A DNA stretch of 64,000 nucleotides from NCBI GenBank assembly GCA_050246315.1, contig JBFWWG010000005.1:64001-128000 (forward strand), written 5' to 3'. The notes beneath the pieces were generated by a model, which searched no databases, was not told where the DNA came from, and worked only from the letters and a program-made list of their open reading frames with translations. Source of the stretch: Nitrospiraceae bacterium (GTDB lineage: Bacteria; Nitrospirota; Nitrospiria; Nitrospirales; Nitrospiraceae). Of this stretch, positions 40,601 to 50,971 are shown piece by piece; positions within the stretch are counted from its first letter, which is position 1; each line of letters opens with the position of its first letter. The position numbers and the translations under genes are program-made.

Positions 40601-42152
40601 TCTGATCCACATGCCTGCCGGCATGCTGTCCGCCCCGGTCGATCGGGAAGAGGCGGTGGAGACGATGGTGCTGGGATGGATGGAGAGCACAGGGCCGACG
40701 ACTGTTGCCGAATTGGCCGGACGACTCGGGTTTCCTGAAGGCGACATCCACCAAGCGCTGTTGCGCCTGGAGACGAGAGGGCAGATTCTGCGCGGCCAAT
40801 TCCGGCCTCACTCGGTGGCCGCTGTTCGTGACTCGGCACTCAGCACCCAGCACTCAGCACTGTCTGGCGCCCATGCGCCCGAGTGGTGTCACCGCCGGCT
40901 GCTCGCCCGCATCCATCGCCTCACGATCGGGTCGTTGCGCCGGGAGATCGAGCCGGTCTCCGCCGCCGAGTTCATGGGTTTTCTCTTCCGTTGGCAGCAC
41001 GTGGCTCCGGGCTCTCGCCTGCATGGCGAGCGGGGCTTGCTAGAGATCATCACGCAATTGGCCGGATTTGAAACGGCTGCTTCCGCCTGGGAATCGGGAC
41101 TGCTTCGGGCGCGCCTATCGAAATATGGTCCCGAACTATTGGATCGCCTCTGCTTCGGCGGCTCGGTGGTATGGGGCCGGCTCTCGCCATATGAGCCGGT
41201 GACCAGGGAGGTTTCGACCGGGCGTGGACGCCGAGTGGTGCCGACCAGCCTGGCGCCGATCAGTTTGTTCCCTCGGGAAGACGCCGACTGGTTGCTGGCG
41301 CAGGGACACCAGAGCGCACAGGCCGGATCGACCGTTTCTCCGACCCCACAGATGTCGTTGAGTGTAATAGCCCAGAATGTACGGCAAGTGCTATCGAACA
41401 GGGGCGCGAGTTTCTTCTCGGAGCTCCTTCAAACCACCGGTCACCTGCCGTCGGAGATCGAGCAGGCCTTGTGGGAGTTGGTGGCGGCCGGCCTGGTCAC
41501 CGCCGACGGATTTGACAGTTTGCGAGCCCTCATGGACCCCAGACGGCGCCGAGGCGAGGGGCGGAGCCGGACTCAACGGCCTCGCCACAGTGCCGGCCGT
41601 TGGTCGTTGCTGCGGCGATCTGGGCCGTCAAACGTCCATATTCCGCCGTCAGTGGCGCCGCACTCCTCATCCGCCGCTGGACCCTCAGCACCCAGCCCTG
41701 AGCCCTCAGCCCTTCCCCTCGAATCGCTCGCGCGGCAACTGTTGGCTCGTTACGGCGTTGTCTTCCGTGATCTGCTCGGGCGGGAATCTGACGCGATCGT
41801 GTGGCGCGATCTGCTGGTCCAGTACCGTCGCATGGAATTGAGGGGCGAGATTCGCGGCGGACGCTTTGTCGGCGGGTTCACGGGCGATCAGTTCGCCTTA
41901 CCGGAGGCGGTGGAGACATTGCGTGCCTTGCGTAAGGGAGGCGGATCAGACTCGGTGGCCTCTCAGGAGCTCCGTCTCTCCGCCTGCGATCCGTTGAATC
42001 TCGTGGGCGTGATTCTTCCTGGACCCAGGATTCCCGCATTGCCGACCAATTTCGTGCTGTTCCGTAACGGCATGCCGGTCGCATCCTCGGTCGAGAAACG
42101 GCATCACCATACAGGGAGGGTGCTCTCGACGGCTATGGCGCGGCCGGGTTAG
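37653..42152 (+). CDS. lhr: Lhr-family ATP-dependent DEAD/DEAH helicase
   Basis: APTGSGKT, DEIH, LSAT, HHGSL, QRVGRAGH, C-terminal RYGVVFRD/EIRGGRF. Confidence 0.92.
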   Translation: MPLSSFHPIISEWFRMRFGAPTDVQELAWPAIRSGSDTLIAAPTGSGKTLAAFLTCIDSLFTQALDRELEDRTQVLYVSPLKALSNDVQKNLQQPLNEIGQAALTQGLLLPELRVLVRTGDTPMAERQRMLRRPPHILITTPESLFILLTAEKSRALLRTVRTVIVDEIHAVAATKRGAHVALSLERLEVLTDMKPVRIGLSATQRPIETVARFLVGDRPCPRIVDVGHRRTMDLAVEVPKDELSAVATNAIWGDIYDRIADLVRAHRSTLVFVNTRRLAERVAHHLEERLQDLGADAVAAHHGSLSRQIRLSAEERLKSGRTRVVVATASLELGIDVGTVDLVCQIGSPRAIATCLQRVGRAGHWVKAIPKGRLFAATRDELIECAALIRAIRSGLLDRIAVPPAPLDILAQQLVAAAATQAWSEDDLYALSRRAYPYRELDRARFDEVLRMLAEGIATSRGRGQAYLHHDRINRRVRGRRGARLAAITSGGAIPDNANYVVVAEPEGTVVGSVDEDFAVESLVGDIMLLGNTSWRIKGIEMGKVRVEDAQGAPPNIPFWRGEAPARTAELSAEVAWVRREIDRLVDPQSGESALRWLKEECGLPERGAQQAVEYVLAGKAVLGTVPTQETVVAERFFDESGGMQLVIHAPFGGRVNKAWGLALRKRFCVTFDFELQAAATDEGLVISLGEKHSFPLETVFSFLQATTVRDVLVQAVLAAPMFTTRWRWNVSRALALLRFAKGKKVPPQIQRMKAEDLLAAVFPDAIACQENLRGDGIGGVERRIPDHPLVEETLRDCLTEAMDVEGLITLLRRLEEGTIRAVAVETPMPSPFSHEILNANPYAYLDDAPLEERRARAVDMRRTLPPELAGQFGALDQAAIAEVAQESWPVVRNADELHDALLTLVWVPQAEAPNWEAYLSELVTAQRACVLNVPQEEAAGDGHPDQITPRISGTPVNLTGWVATEQVPLALALFPSVSLEDLIHMPAGMLSAPVDREEAVETMVLGWMESTGPTTVAELAGRLGFPEGDIHQALLRLETRGQILRGQFRPHSVAAVRDSALSTQHSALSGAHAPEWCHRRLLARIHRLTIGSLRREIEPVSAAEFMGFLFRWQHVAPGSRLHGERGLLEIITQLAGFETAASAWESGLLRARLSKYGPELLDRLCFGGSVVWGRLSPYEPVTREVSTGRGRRVVPTSLAPISLFPREDADWLLAQGHQSAQAGSTVSPTPQMSLSVIAQNVRQVLSNRGASFFSELLQTTGHLPSEIEQALWELVAAGLVTADGFDSLRALMDPRRRRGEGRSRTQRPRHSAGRWSLLRRSGPSNVHIPPSVAPHSSSAAGPSAPSPEPSALPLESLARQLLARYGVVFRDLLGRESDAIVWRDLLVQYRRMELRGEIRGGRFVGGFTGDQFALPEAVETLRALRKGGGSDSVASQELRLSACDPLNLVGVILPGPRIPALPTNFVLFRNGMPVASSVEKRHHHTGRVLSTAMARPG

Positions 42153-43000
42153 GAGGACGGAACGGCCAGCACCGGGCACCGGGCTTCATGCACAACCCGT
42201 TCGGTGGTGCTTCCCCTCAGGGCGTCGGTCCAACTGTGGTGTCCTTCCATGGTCATGACGATCAGATCCACGTCGTATTCGGCCCCCATGCCGATGATCC
42301 AATCCACCACGTTGCCCTGGCAGTGGGTTTGGTGCCAGGTCCATCCTTCGCGTTCGTGCAGGCGGAACGCCGGCATTTGATTGCCGCCGACATGCACGAG
42401 CTGCATGTCGAGCGCCATGCTTCCGAGCGCTTCGGCCGTCACGGTAGCCGCGTCAATGGCGCGTTGCGCGCTCTCGGAGCCTTCCACCGGGATCAGGATG
42501 CGTCGTAGTTTGGTTGAGCCGTCCTCGGCCGCGACGCAGCCTTCCACATGTGACGGAACGAAGAGGGTGGGGAGGTGGGCGCCCCGGGCGATCGGCTCGG
42601 CCACCGGTCGATGCAACCAGCGGTCCAATCCCGTCCGCTGTTCGGTCGAAAGCACCAGGAGATCGGCCGGGTGAAATGCCAGGTGGTCGAGAAAGGCCTG
42701 TGCCGGATTATCTCCCACAGCTCTGATTTTCTTGATCTGAATCCCCAGCGACGTGACAGATTCCTTCGAACAGTCGTTCGGGAGCAGACCCCACCGGGTC
42801 AGGATGGGCCGGACCCTCGGAAAATCCTCGAAATGTTCCTGGGCCACGTCCGGATCGACGTGCATGATCGAGAGCCTGGTTTGTAGAACCAAGGCCAGCT
42901 TGAGGGCATGGACGAACGCTGCCTGGCTGGCCTGGGTGAAATCGGTCGGATGGAAAATGTGGCGGTGCAGAAACGGCAGGGCCGTGGCTAATCCTGGCAT
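42149..43000 (-). CDS. Universal stress protein (tandem USP)
   Basis: HPTDFT, ILIPV, GSTTERVVHEARCPVL. Confidence 0.88.
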   Translation of the reverse strand: MPGLATALPFLHRHIFHPTDFTQASQAAFVHALKLALVLQTRLSIMHVDPDVAQEHFEDFPRVRPILTRWGLLPNDCSKESVTSLGIQIKKIRAVGDNPAQAFLDHLAFHPADLLVLSTEQRTGLDRWLHRPVAEPIARGAHLPTLFVPSHVEGCVAAEDGSTKLRRILIPVEGSESAQRAIDAATVTAEALGSMALDMQLVHVGGNQMPAFRLHEREGWTWHQTHCQGNVVDWIIGMGAEYDVDLIVMTMEGHHSWTDALRGSTTERVVHEARCPVLAVPSS

Positions 43001-43631
43001 GGTGATCCTAAACCGGCAATGACGGCCTATGATGCCTTGGGCTGTCTCAACACGCAAGCCCTCTCAATGGATTGGAAGAGGGCCAGGGCACTGCGGTCAT
43101 CACAGCGCGGGTCTGTGATGAGGGGTACTCTACCGCCCGGAGCGTTTGACGCGCTGGGGTGGTTCATTCGAGGTGGGGATATAGATAAGCCTGGCCGGGA
43201 AGCCGTTGGGACTGGTCAGAAGCAGGTACACAAGGGAGTCCGCCTCTTCCCGGCGTACCGTATTTTGGGCCCCGACCCAGCGGCGGAACACATGATCTTG
43301 CATGTCCGGGCAGGTGCGAGGGCCTTCTTGGAGGGCCAGCTCTCCAATATCGATTTGGTTCGGGACGGTGGTCGGCCGTGATTCCGAGTCGGGTTGTCGC
43401 TCGTCGTCCACCATGGGGCTCCCTCCCGCGGTCCTGATGGTCTGGCTTGTCGCTGTTCTCCATTGGTATACCGCAAGTCTGAGAATCCGTCTCTTTTAAA
43501 TTGGAATGTCTGTGCGAGAGATCGCTCGGCGACTGGGAGGGGGCAGCCCTGAAGGGGTCATGCTCTGCTCTGGGGGTGTGACGACAGCCCCCGGCGGACC
43601 TCGACAACCTCGGAACAACCAATGCTCCACG

Positions 43632-44865
43632 CTAATTCTTCCAGAGCCGTTCATACCAAGGCCGGTTCTGGTCAGGGGCTCCTCCCTCCAGCTTCATCTC
43701 AAGCCGGATCGACCCAAGGTCCCACCCGGTGAGGGACGCCAAGGTCTGGGCTTCGCGCTCGTATCGCTGCCGCAATCGATCACGGTACTCCCTGGCTGCC
43801 GGGCAGTCGTCGGAGCCCTGCCAGGCATGGCGCAGGATATACCGAGCCTGGAAATTCGACCGGTCGGCCATTTCCTGAAACGACAGGTCCTCGGGAACAT
43901 GCGCGGCGTCGTACCGGAGGTGCAGCCTGGTCACGTAGGCATTCTGTCCCTGCCTGATGGACTGTGGCCGGTGGTCCTCCAGCCAGAAGACTCCTAGCTC
44001 ACGAAGTTCTTCGGGCGAGAGCGGGTTGCTGGCGCAAGGATCGCACCAGGCCATATCCCAGGCATACTCCAGAAAGACTCCCTGCTGTCGTTCCCGTTTG
44101 ACCTGTTGGGAGAAGAGGTCTCGGTAGAAATCGCCGCACTTGTCCTTTACGTAAACCGGAATGTACTGTGCTTCCGGAAGCTTGACGGTGCGGTAGTTGG
44201 TGGCTTCAACGCGCCCACGCCGCGTGATGGCGTAGAGGAACAGCTCCTGAGGCCCGTCGACGTTGACCGTCCCCAGCCGAATCGGCAGCATGAACTTCGG
44301 AGATTCAAAGGCAATCTGGAGCGGCCGCAACGAGGCATGGCCGAGCTTGCTGTGTTCGGCGAGGTTTACTTTGGCGACGAAGAACTTCAAATTCTGTTTC
44401 AGATAACTCTGGAGTACGGCCGAAGCGCCGTTCGGGATGCGGTAGCCGTTCTCCTTGAGACAGGTTTCCAAGCCGGCGCCATGTTCTTCATGGCGTCCAG
44501 GCTCCGGCATTCCATCAGTTCGTACTGCCGGCAGGGATTCGGATCGTAGTATTCAACCAGACGAGGCGCCGTATAGGCGGCCAGATGCTTCAGGAGCGCC
44601 GGATTACCCACGTGGATCTGTTCCCGAGTCAGCATCGCCGGGACCGGGATGAGCATGGCGAATTCTTTGGCGGGACCGCGAAAGTCGTTGGCCATCGTGA
44701 TCACGGTCTTGTCGTTGTGTCGCACCATCACGACCTCGGAGGCCTTGTTGAACAACTTGGTGTCGGCCTTCGCCACACAAAAAAGCCGCAGAAGGCGAAG
44801 GCGGAGCCGCTCCAGAGCATCAGGCCGGTGATACAGATCGAGGCGACCACCAGTGTGTGAGCCAT
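43632..44865 (-). pseudogene. DUF2330 secreted protein, frameshifted
   Basis: AFCGFFV | AKADTKLFNKASEVV..TAPRLVEYYD | LETCLKENGY..PIRLG..WCDPC spread over three ORFs; extra GT near 44775. Confidence 0.8.
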
Positions 44866-45744
44866 CACAACCTCCCTTGCTGGTGAATGGGCCGGAACCC
44901 CTAGTGATGTGGAGACATGACCGGTCGAAGGACGAGACCAATCGTACCGGGCGCCGGGAAAGAATCGATCGACCAATGGGACGAGGGGAGAACAAGCGAT
45001 CAAGGCCCAGAGTGGACCGTTGGGACGAGACAGGCCGAACTGTACGTAGAGGGCGGCGAGCGCGACCAAGAGGGCGAAGGCCAGGCGACCGGTTCGGGAA
45101 TCCGGCGTGGTCTTAGGGTCGGAGATCATGAAGAAGGCGAAGATCAGTAGCGCGCCGGTTTCGAGCTGATGCAACGGGATCGACAGCGGATCGCCCAGCC
45201 AGAGCGTGCGCGCGAAGAGTAGCCCGATATAGCAAGCCAAAAAACCGAGCGTCACGTCGGTGCGCCGCCCGGGTCACGACCAACCCGCCAAGGCAGACGA
45301 TCAGGAAGCCGAACCAGGCGACGTGCCCCCATTGGTCCGGCGAGATCCAGCGGAGCCCGCCTGCGAGCATCATCACCAGCGCCAGGTTCGTCGAATTGAA
45401 CAAATGTTTGCCGTTCCACCGGATGATGAACTTGCTGGCGATTGTCATGAACGAGGCCAACGCCGCGGTGGCCGGATCGTTCGTGCGGAGCAGCAGGCAG
45501 AGGGAGAGAGTCGAGTCAAGGGACTGCGGGGATCGAAGGCCGGTAGAGTAAAAAGTTTCGTCCCGGCATATTGGGTCAGGAGCGCGGTTCCGAGCGTGAC
45601 CACGATTTCGAGAGGAAGGAGTTCAAAATCCAGCCAGAATAGGCCGTAGATCAGCAGGGTGCCGAGGCTGGCGATTTGGTAGAGGCGGGGATCGAAGGAG
45701 GAGAACCGGGCGTTGACACGTTCGCTCAGACGATCTGGATTCAT
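44862..45744 (-). pseudogene. RnfD/NqrB-like membrane protein, frameshifted
   Basis: DPRLYQIA | ASKF..KHLFN | FFMISDPKTTP split over ORFs 45445-45744, 45113-45460 and 44728-45255. Confidence 0.75.
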
Positions 45745-46214
45745 CGGCCACCTCGCGAGGGTTCCTGCCGCGCACTTGGCGGAGGCGCGCGATCTCTACC
45801 CACGGTATGGCGCGATGGGGAAAATCCTTTCAGGGAAAAGGAAGGACACCCCTGCTAGTCCTATGCTCCCGGAGGCCGCGGGGGAGGATGTGAGAGGCGG
45901 TGGGTATGGTCTCGGTGCTCGCAGAGGGCGCATGAGGAGGGGGTGGAAGGGTGGCCTGTTGATCTCCTGTGCTCGCGCAACGCGCACGCAAGACTATTGA
46001 GATTGTCATATTGCGGGAGGGCGAGGATGAGGTCATAGGTGGCGCCGTCTGGTACCCCGACCTGTTCTCAAACGTGATCGTGCTGTGCAGCACGGCCTAG
46101 CCGTCGGGTGCAAGGTCCAAGGTTCAAAGCATGAGCGCGAGACTGACGGCCCAATACCGCTTCTGAACCGGCGCATGTTTCATGATTCGTCTCTTCCTTT
46201 GCGTGATCGAGCTG

Positions 46215-46646
46215 TCACTCTTGCGGCAATTTCTCTGCGAAGCGCCGAATGTGATCCAAGTAGACAGGGATCTGGCGGACTGCGACAGGCAAGGCCTCGT
46301 ATACTCGATCGGGATCGATGTCGTCGTACTCATGCACGATTCGGTTGCGGAGCCCGGCGGCCATCGCCATCTCTTTGGCCAAATCGACCGGCATGACACC
46401 GAGGGTGCCAAGCAATATGAAGGATTCGTGATAGTCCCTGGGCGGCGCATGGCTGGACTCAATGATAAGGTGGAAGTTCACGTCGATCATGCGGCCGATG
46501 GTTCGTTCCAGATACCGCTCGGCCAAGGTCTCGTGCACCGGATCGGCGAGATACTGTTCCTGTGAGAGCCGAGCCAGTTCGGTGAGCTTCGGCAGATCCT
46601 GCAAGATCAGGGTCATTTTCCTGGTCACCAAGGCGTGATCAATCAT
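46215..46646 (-). CDS. hepT: HEPN (DUF86) RNase toxin
   Basis: Rx4HxY motif RNRIVHEY; overlaps the upstream MNT gene. Confidence 0.88.
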   Translation of the reverse strand: MIDHALVTRKMTLILQDLPKLTELARLSQEQYLADPVHETLAERYLERTIGRMIDVNFHLIIESSHAPPRDYHESFILLGTLGVMPVDLAKEMAMAAGLRNRIVHEYDDIDPDRVYEALPVAVRQIPVYLDHIRRFAEKLPQE

Positions 46647-47074
46647 GGGCGTGAGGGCGCTGCCGCCAGTGCCGCCAGTCGCCGGGCGACGTACTGGCGT
46701 TCCAAATCCAAGTAGGGCCTAAAATCTTGATAGGCCTTGAACGCGTAGAGACGCAGGCGGGCGAGGTCTTCAGGAGTGCCGAACAGCAGGCGGCAGGATT
46801 CGACGATTTTTTTCAGAAAGAGCGGATCGGCCCGATTCAGGATCGCCAGGTCCACGTCGTGTCCTGAGAACAACGTCTGCAACGCGTCCTGAATTTCCAA
46901 GACGGTCTGTAACGACACGTCCGGGGTGTCGAGCTGAATCGCCAGATCCAGGTCGCTGCGGTCGTGGATCGTTCCTGTGACCGTTGATCCGAACTGGAGA
47001 ATCAACCGGATCCCGAAGCGTTGAGCGATCGTTCGCAGCCCCGGCACGGTGTCTAGGATAGCTAGTCGATCCAT
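46643..47074 (-). CDS. mntA: Minimal nucleotidyltransferase antitoxin
   Basis: FGSTVTG....SDLDLA, VDL. Confidence 0.88.
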   Translation of the reverse strand: MDRLAILDTVPGLRTIAQRFGIRLILQFGSTVTGTIHDRSDLDLAIQLDTPDVSLQTVLEIQDALQTLFSGHDVDLAILNRADPLFLKKIVESCRLLFGTPEDLARLRLYAFKAYQDFRPYLDLERQYVARRLAALAAAPSRP

Positions 47075-47105
47075 GTATTCACTCAGGGGTTCAGAATAGC
47101 AGGCG

Positions 47106-47292
47106 TAGGAGCCTGTCCGAGTAATGCCATTCTACTGCGGCGAACGATCTGCAGATATCTGCGTCGTTCTCAGCCCGAAATAATCCTCAACGTATTTCAG
47201 CGAATACGCCTCCGGTTTTTTCGAGCCTGCGGCCTTGCATCTGCCTACCCCTCCTTCGCCTCGTCACGAAGGATTACTCGAACAGGCTCCTA
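47106..47292. mobile_element. MITE-like element, family A, 20-bp terminal inverted repeats
   Basis: taggagcctgtccgagtaat ... attactcgaacaggctccta (19/20 complementary); non-coding. Confidence 0.8.
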
Positions 47293-47612
47293 GCCTAACT
47301 GAGACCACCATCCCTTGTAAAATCACCGATGATTGTTCGTTCCCCTCGGTTCGTCTGGATCACACGATCTGCCGCATCAGCCGGCCTCACCAACATAGCC
47401 GCACACGCCGCGGAGGGTGTCACGTCGTTGTCGCACAGAAAGGTCTCGGTCGCGCAGCGACTCGTGAGCCCTGTGGCAATATGGTATATAAGCCTGACCC
47501 CAGATCACTATTGGTGCGATGAACCCGTTCACCTTGTCTGTTTGCCTCGCATATCAGAAAGAGCCTGCAGGTATGTACTCCGGGATGCGAAGACCGAAAT
47601 CGAGCGTTGAAA

Positions 47613-47945
47613 ATGTTTGAACTGAAGACCGTCATACTGTTTGTCGTCACCGCCGTCGCCGAGATTGTCGGCTGTTACTTGCCTTACCTGTGGCTGAAGA
47701 AAGAAGGCTCGATTTGGCTGCTGGGGCCGGCTGCGGTGAGTCTCGCGCTCTTCGCCTGGTTGCTGACCCTCCATCCTACCGCTGCCGGGCGAGTCTATGC
47801 GGCCTACGGCGGTGTGTATGTCTCGGTGGCGATTCTTTGGCTCTGGGCTGTCGATGGTATCCGTCCGTCGGCGTGGGATTGGTTGGGAGTCCTGGTCTGC
47901 CTTTCCGGCATGGCCATCATTATGTTCGCGCCACGCTCCGTCTAG
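47613..47945 (+). CDS. ynfA: YnfA/UPF0060 small membrane protein
   Basis: [18 protein letters not shown]. Confidence 0.9.
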   Translation: MFELKTVILFVVTAVAEIVGCYLPYLWLKKEGSIWLLGPAAVSLALFAWLLTLHPTAAGRVYAAYGGVYVSVAILWLWAVDGIRPSAWDWLGVLVCLSGMAIIMFAPRSV

Positions 47946-48042
47946 CAGGATGTTGAAGGAGTCCTCAATGGGTGCAACGTCACGAACCGTCATGAATGAT
48001 GGGGGCCGAACCAGAGGCTTGAGATCCGGGGAAAGATTTGGA

Positions 48043-49397
48043 CTATCGGCCGATCTGAATTGACACAACGATTTGAGCGGAGGCTGATCGATCTTGGCTG
48101 ACAACGTAGACGGCCTGCTCTTCTCGATCGGTAGGTCCGGCAGCGGAGACTGATTCGGTGAGGAGAGGGGGAGAGGGGTACCCCGGTGATATAGCCTCCT
48201 GCTCCCTGCCTGCCTCGAACGGTTCTCGGGACAATCGAACGGTGGGGATGATCCGGCGTTCACCATCGCCTGGTGGGAGCGGAATGTCGATTCGATTGCC
48301 GCCGATCAATCGGAAGAACGGTCGTGCGGTTTCTCCTGCAGGAAAGAAGAGCTGCGGCACCAGTGAACCGGTCGGCCTCAGAATCTGGAGGTCTCCGTCC
48401 TGATTGCATTCCACAGTCAGCCGGGCTTGCCCGCCGCTGTGTGCCGCCGTCACTGCATCCACCTCGTGGTCCTGCCCGTCACGTCCTTTCACGAGGAAAC
48501 CGTAACGCAATCCAAGCGGCTGAAACTGTCTGGCCTCCGGCCGATCCGTCAAGCCGGTGTCTGAAGACGGTTTCATCACGGCTTCGGGCCGGGCCCCTGC
48601 AGGGGTATCATCTGCTGATCTCAACCTCCGTTCTTTGGCCAAGGCCTGTCGTTCCCGACGGCTCGGCGCATCGGCATAGAAGAGGGCACGGGCATCTCTG
48701 CGGTCCGCTCGAATCTCAGATTGCGGAGCTGCGGCGGATGGCATCATCGGCTTTGGCTTCGCGACTCCGGGTGTCGGTGCGGGAGTGGATCGACGCATCT
48801 CCTCTTTCATGGCGGTCGGTGATTGCGGTTCTCTTGTGACTTTCTGCGATGTCGGTGGCTCTTGCGGGTCCTTCGCGGTGGTTGTCTTGTCGCTTAGCGC
48901 CTCATTCTTCGCCATGCCGATCTTCGGATGAGCCTTCTCCTTGTTCTTCTGCTCCTCCTCAGTGATGGAGGGCAGGGGTGGAGGCGATGCGGGAGTTGAT
49001 CGAGGTGCCGGCCCTGGTGCTTCGGCTGGAACCATTTGATCGATCTCACGCAAATTGCTCTCCTCCCGCAGACTGTCTTGATAGATCTTGGTGCCCAAGA
49101 CCACGGCGAGTGCAGCCGTGACGATTCCCCCGCCCAGGCCAGCCTCGCTGGCCTCAGTAACCATCCCAACCAGGACGATCCGCCTCCAGAGGCGGCGTGC
49201 CTCTCCTTGAGCACTTGCAGCAACCTGCGGCGCACAGCCGGATCCGTCAGCAGCTCTTTCAACGCCTGCTCATCGGCCAGCGCATTGAACAATTGCTGGT
49301 CACGCAGTGCGGCCGTGAAGAGCGCCTGCCGCTCCTCCGCCGTGAGCGTGTCAGTGGCGAACCCACCGAGCAGTTTTCCCAGATCCGATTCAGCCAT
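48043..49397 (-). pseudogene. Anti-sigma-like membrane protein with a frameshift in a G-tract near 49130
   Basis: MAESDLGKLLGGFATDTL..LAWAG continues in another frame as GIVTAALAVVLGTK; follows an ECF sigma gene. Confidence 0.6.
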
Positions 49398-49437
49398 ATC
49401 GACTAGCGAACACGAATCACTTCGCACTCAGCACCTC

Positions 49438-49866
49438 TTACTCCCACCTGCCTCCCATCAACCGTTGGATCTGTGGAAAAGTCTTGCCCTCCAACTGCCA
49501 CCTGAACAGCTCGCGGCAGCGCTCGCCCAGTTGGGCCATCGCCTTGAGGAGACGATCCACCGTCTGCTTCCGTTCGAGCTCACGGGCTGGATCGGCGGCC
49601 ATGTCGGCAAGCGGGAAGTCGTCAATCGATGCTTGATGATACTCTCCGCGCCGGAGTGCCTTCCGATGCGCGTCAGCCATCTTGTATCGCAGAATCTGGA
49701 ACGCAAGGGGCACCAGCTCTGTCACCTCCACAACCTGGGGATACTTGTCATGCAGCACAACCAACACCTCTTGCGCGAGATCCTCCGCCAGATCCCTCGA
49801 TACTCGTGATGTCGAAAAAGCGACGATCCGTTCACGCGGGGTGATCAGGATCTGGTCACGGTCCAT
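49438..49866 (-). pseudogene. ECF sigma factor, apparently C-terminally truncated
   Basis: AEDLAQEV and LGERCRELF present; ORF ends inside the region-4 HTH. Confidence 0.6.
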
Positions 49867-49908
49867 CGGGCCACAAGTCGAAACGGCTCAGTCGGTCTGC
49901 CTGGGCCG

Positions 49909-50880
49909 TCAACGGGGTACAGTCAAGATGTCGCCGAGCGAGCCAAACCGCAGCCCCAATTCGTGACACACGCGGTATTGCCGATCGAAACGATTCTTGG
50001 TGGCAAGGATGGTGCGCATCGCCTTGAAACCAACCCGTCCCCATGCCGGCACGTGAAACACGGAGAGCGGATAGTCGGTGCCGAACAAAAGCCGCTCCTG
50101 CAATTCCGGATGGCGGCGAAGGTGGAGCAACATCTTCATGCGGTTGGGCAGGGTCAGCGCGGAGATGTCGGCGTAGAAATTCGAATAGCGCTGGGCCAAC
50201 TCCTGAAACGTCGGCAGAAACTTTTCATAGAGCATCAAGCCGTAGCTACAGGCATGCGCAGCGATGACGGTAGCCCCCTCATCGAGCGGCACTCGAAGCC
50301 TTGCCGGATCGCCGACCGATTGGTCCTTGCCGATCAGGCTGAACTCGTAACCCACATGACTGAGGAGCGGCAACTTGCGCCCGGCTAGTGCCCGATAAAA
50401 GGTCTTGTATCGGTGATTGCCAGGATCGAACTGTTGGGCATTGGGCAGGACCTTGACCAGCACCGCCCCGGCCTCCGCGCAACGATGGACCTCCTCCACG
50501 GCGTCCTGCCGTTGGGGGTTGATGGAGACGCCGGGAAGAAACAGGTCCGGGTGCTGCCTTGCGATGTCGAGGACATAGTGGTTGCTGATCAGAAACTCGG
50601 TGTGGGTTTGATCGAGCTGGCCGTTTGACCCGTAGGCGCCGTCCATGGCCAGCAGCACCGCCTGCTTCACGAATTGCGAGGTCTGCAACTCCTTCCGGAG
50701 GTCCTCGATGTATTTGTGATTGGCTTCCTGGGGCCGGGCCAGCGGTAGGCTGTGTTTCCACAGCAGAAAACGAAACAGCGGGCTAGCGAGCATCTTCTTG
50801 GAAATAAAGCAGCCATTGCTGCCGGCCGGCAATGCGGCGAGATGCACGTGGCAGTCGATTAGCCTTTGGCCTGTCGTCAT
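49909..50880 (-). CDS. Amidohydrolase-2 family protein
   Basis: IDCHVH, IAAHA, YADISA, LFGTDYP. Confidence 0.85.
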   Translation of the reverse strand: MTTGQRLIDCHVHLAALPAGSNGCFISKKMLASPLFRFLLWKHSLPLARPQEANHKYIEDLRKELQTSQFVKQAVLLAMDGAYGSNGQLDQTHTEFLISNHYVLDIARQHPDLFLPGVSINPQRQDAVEEVHRCAEAGAVLVKVLPNAQQFDPGNHRYKTFYRALAGRKLPLLSHVGYEFSLIGKDQSVGDPARLRVPLDEGATVIAAHACSYGLMLYEKFLPTFQELAQRYSNFYADISALTLPNRMKMLLHLRRHPELQERLLFGTDYPLSVFHVPAWGRVGFKAMRTILATKNRFDRQYRVCHELGLRFGSLGDILTVPR

Positions 50881-50971
50881 GCGTCAGCCGTCAATCGTCA
50901 TGCGTCAACCGTCATTCCCGGACGAGGAATGCCTTTCATCGATCGGACCTGCTCAGCCGGCGCACTCAGCA

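Noticed and set aside
1914..40853. Long antisense ORFs (1914-3224, 8709-10085, 32128-33582, 39465-40853)
   Set aside because: Shadow ORFs opposite well-supported genes, expected at high GC.
43130..43414. 94-aa ORF between the USP gene and the DUF2330 pseudogene
   Set aside because: No recognisable motif; cannot be supported as a gene.
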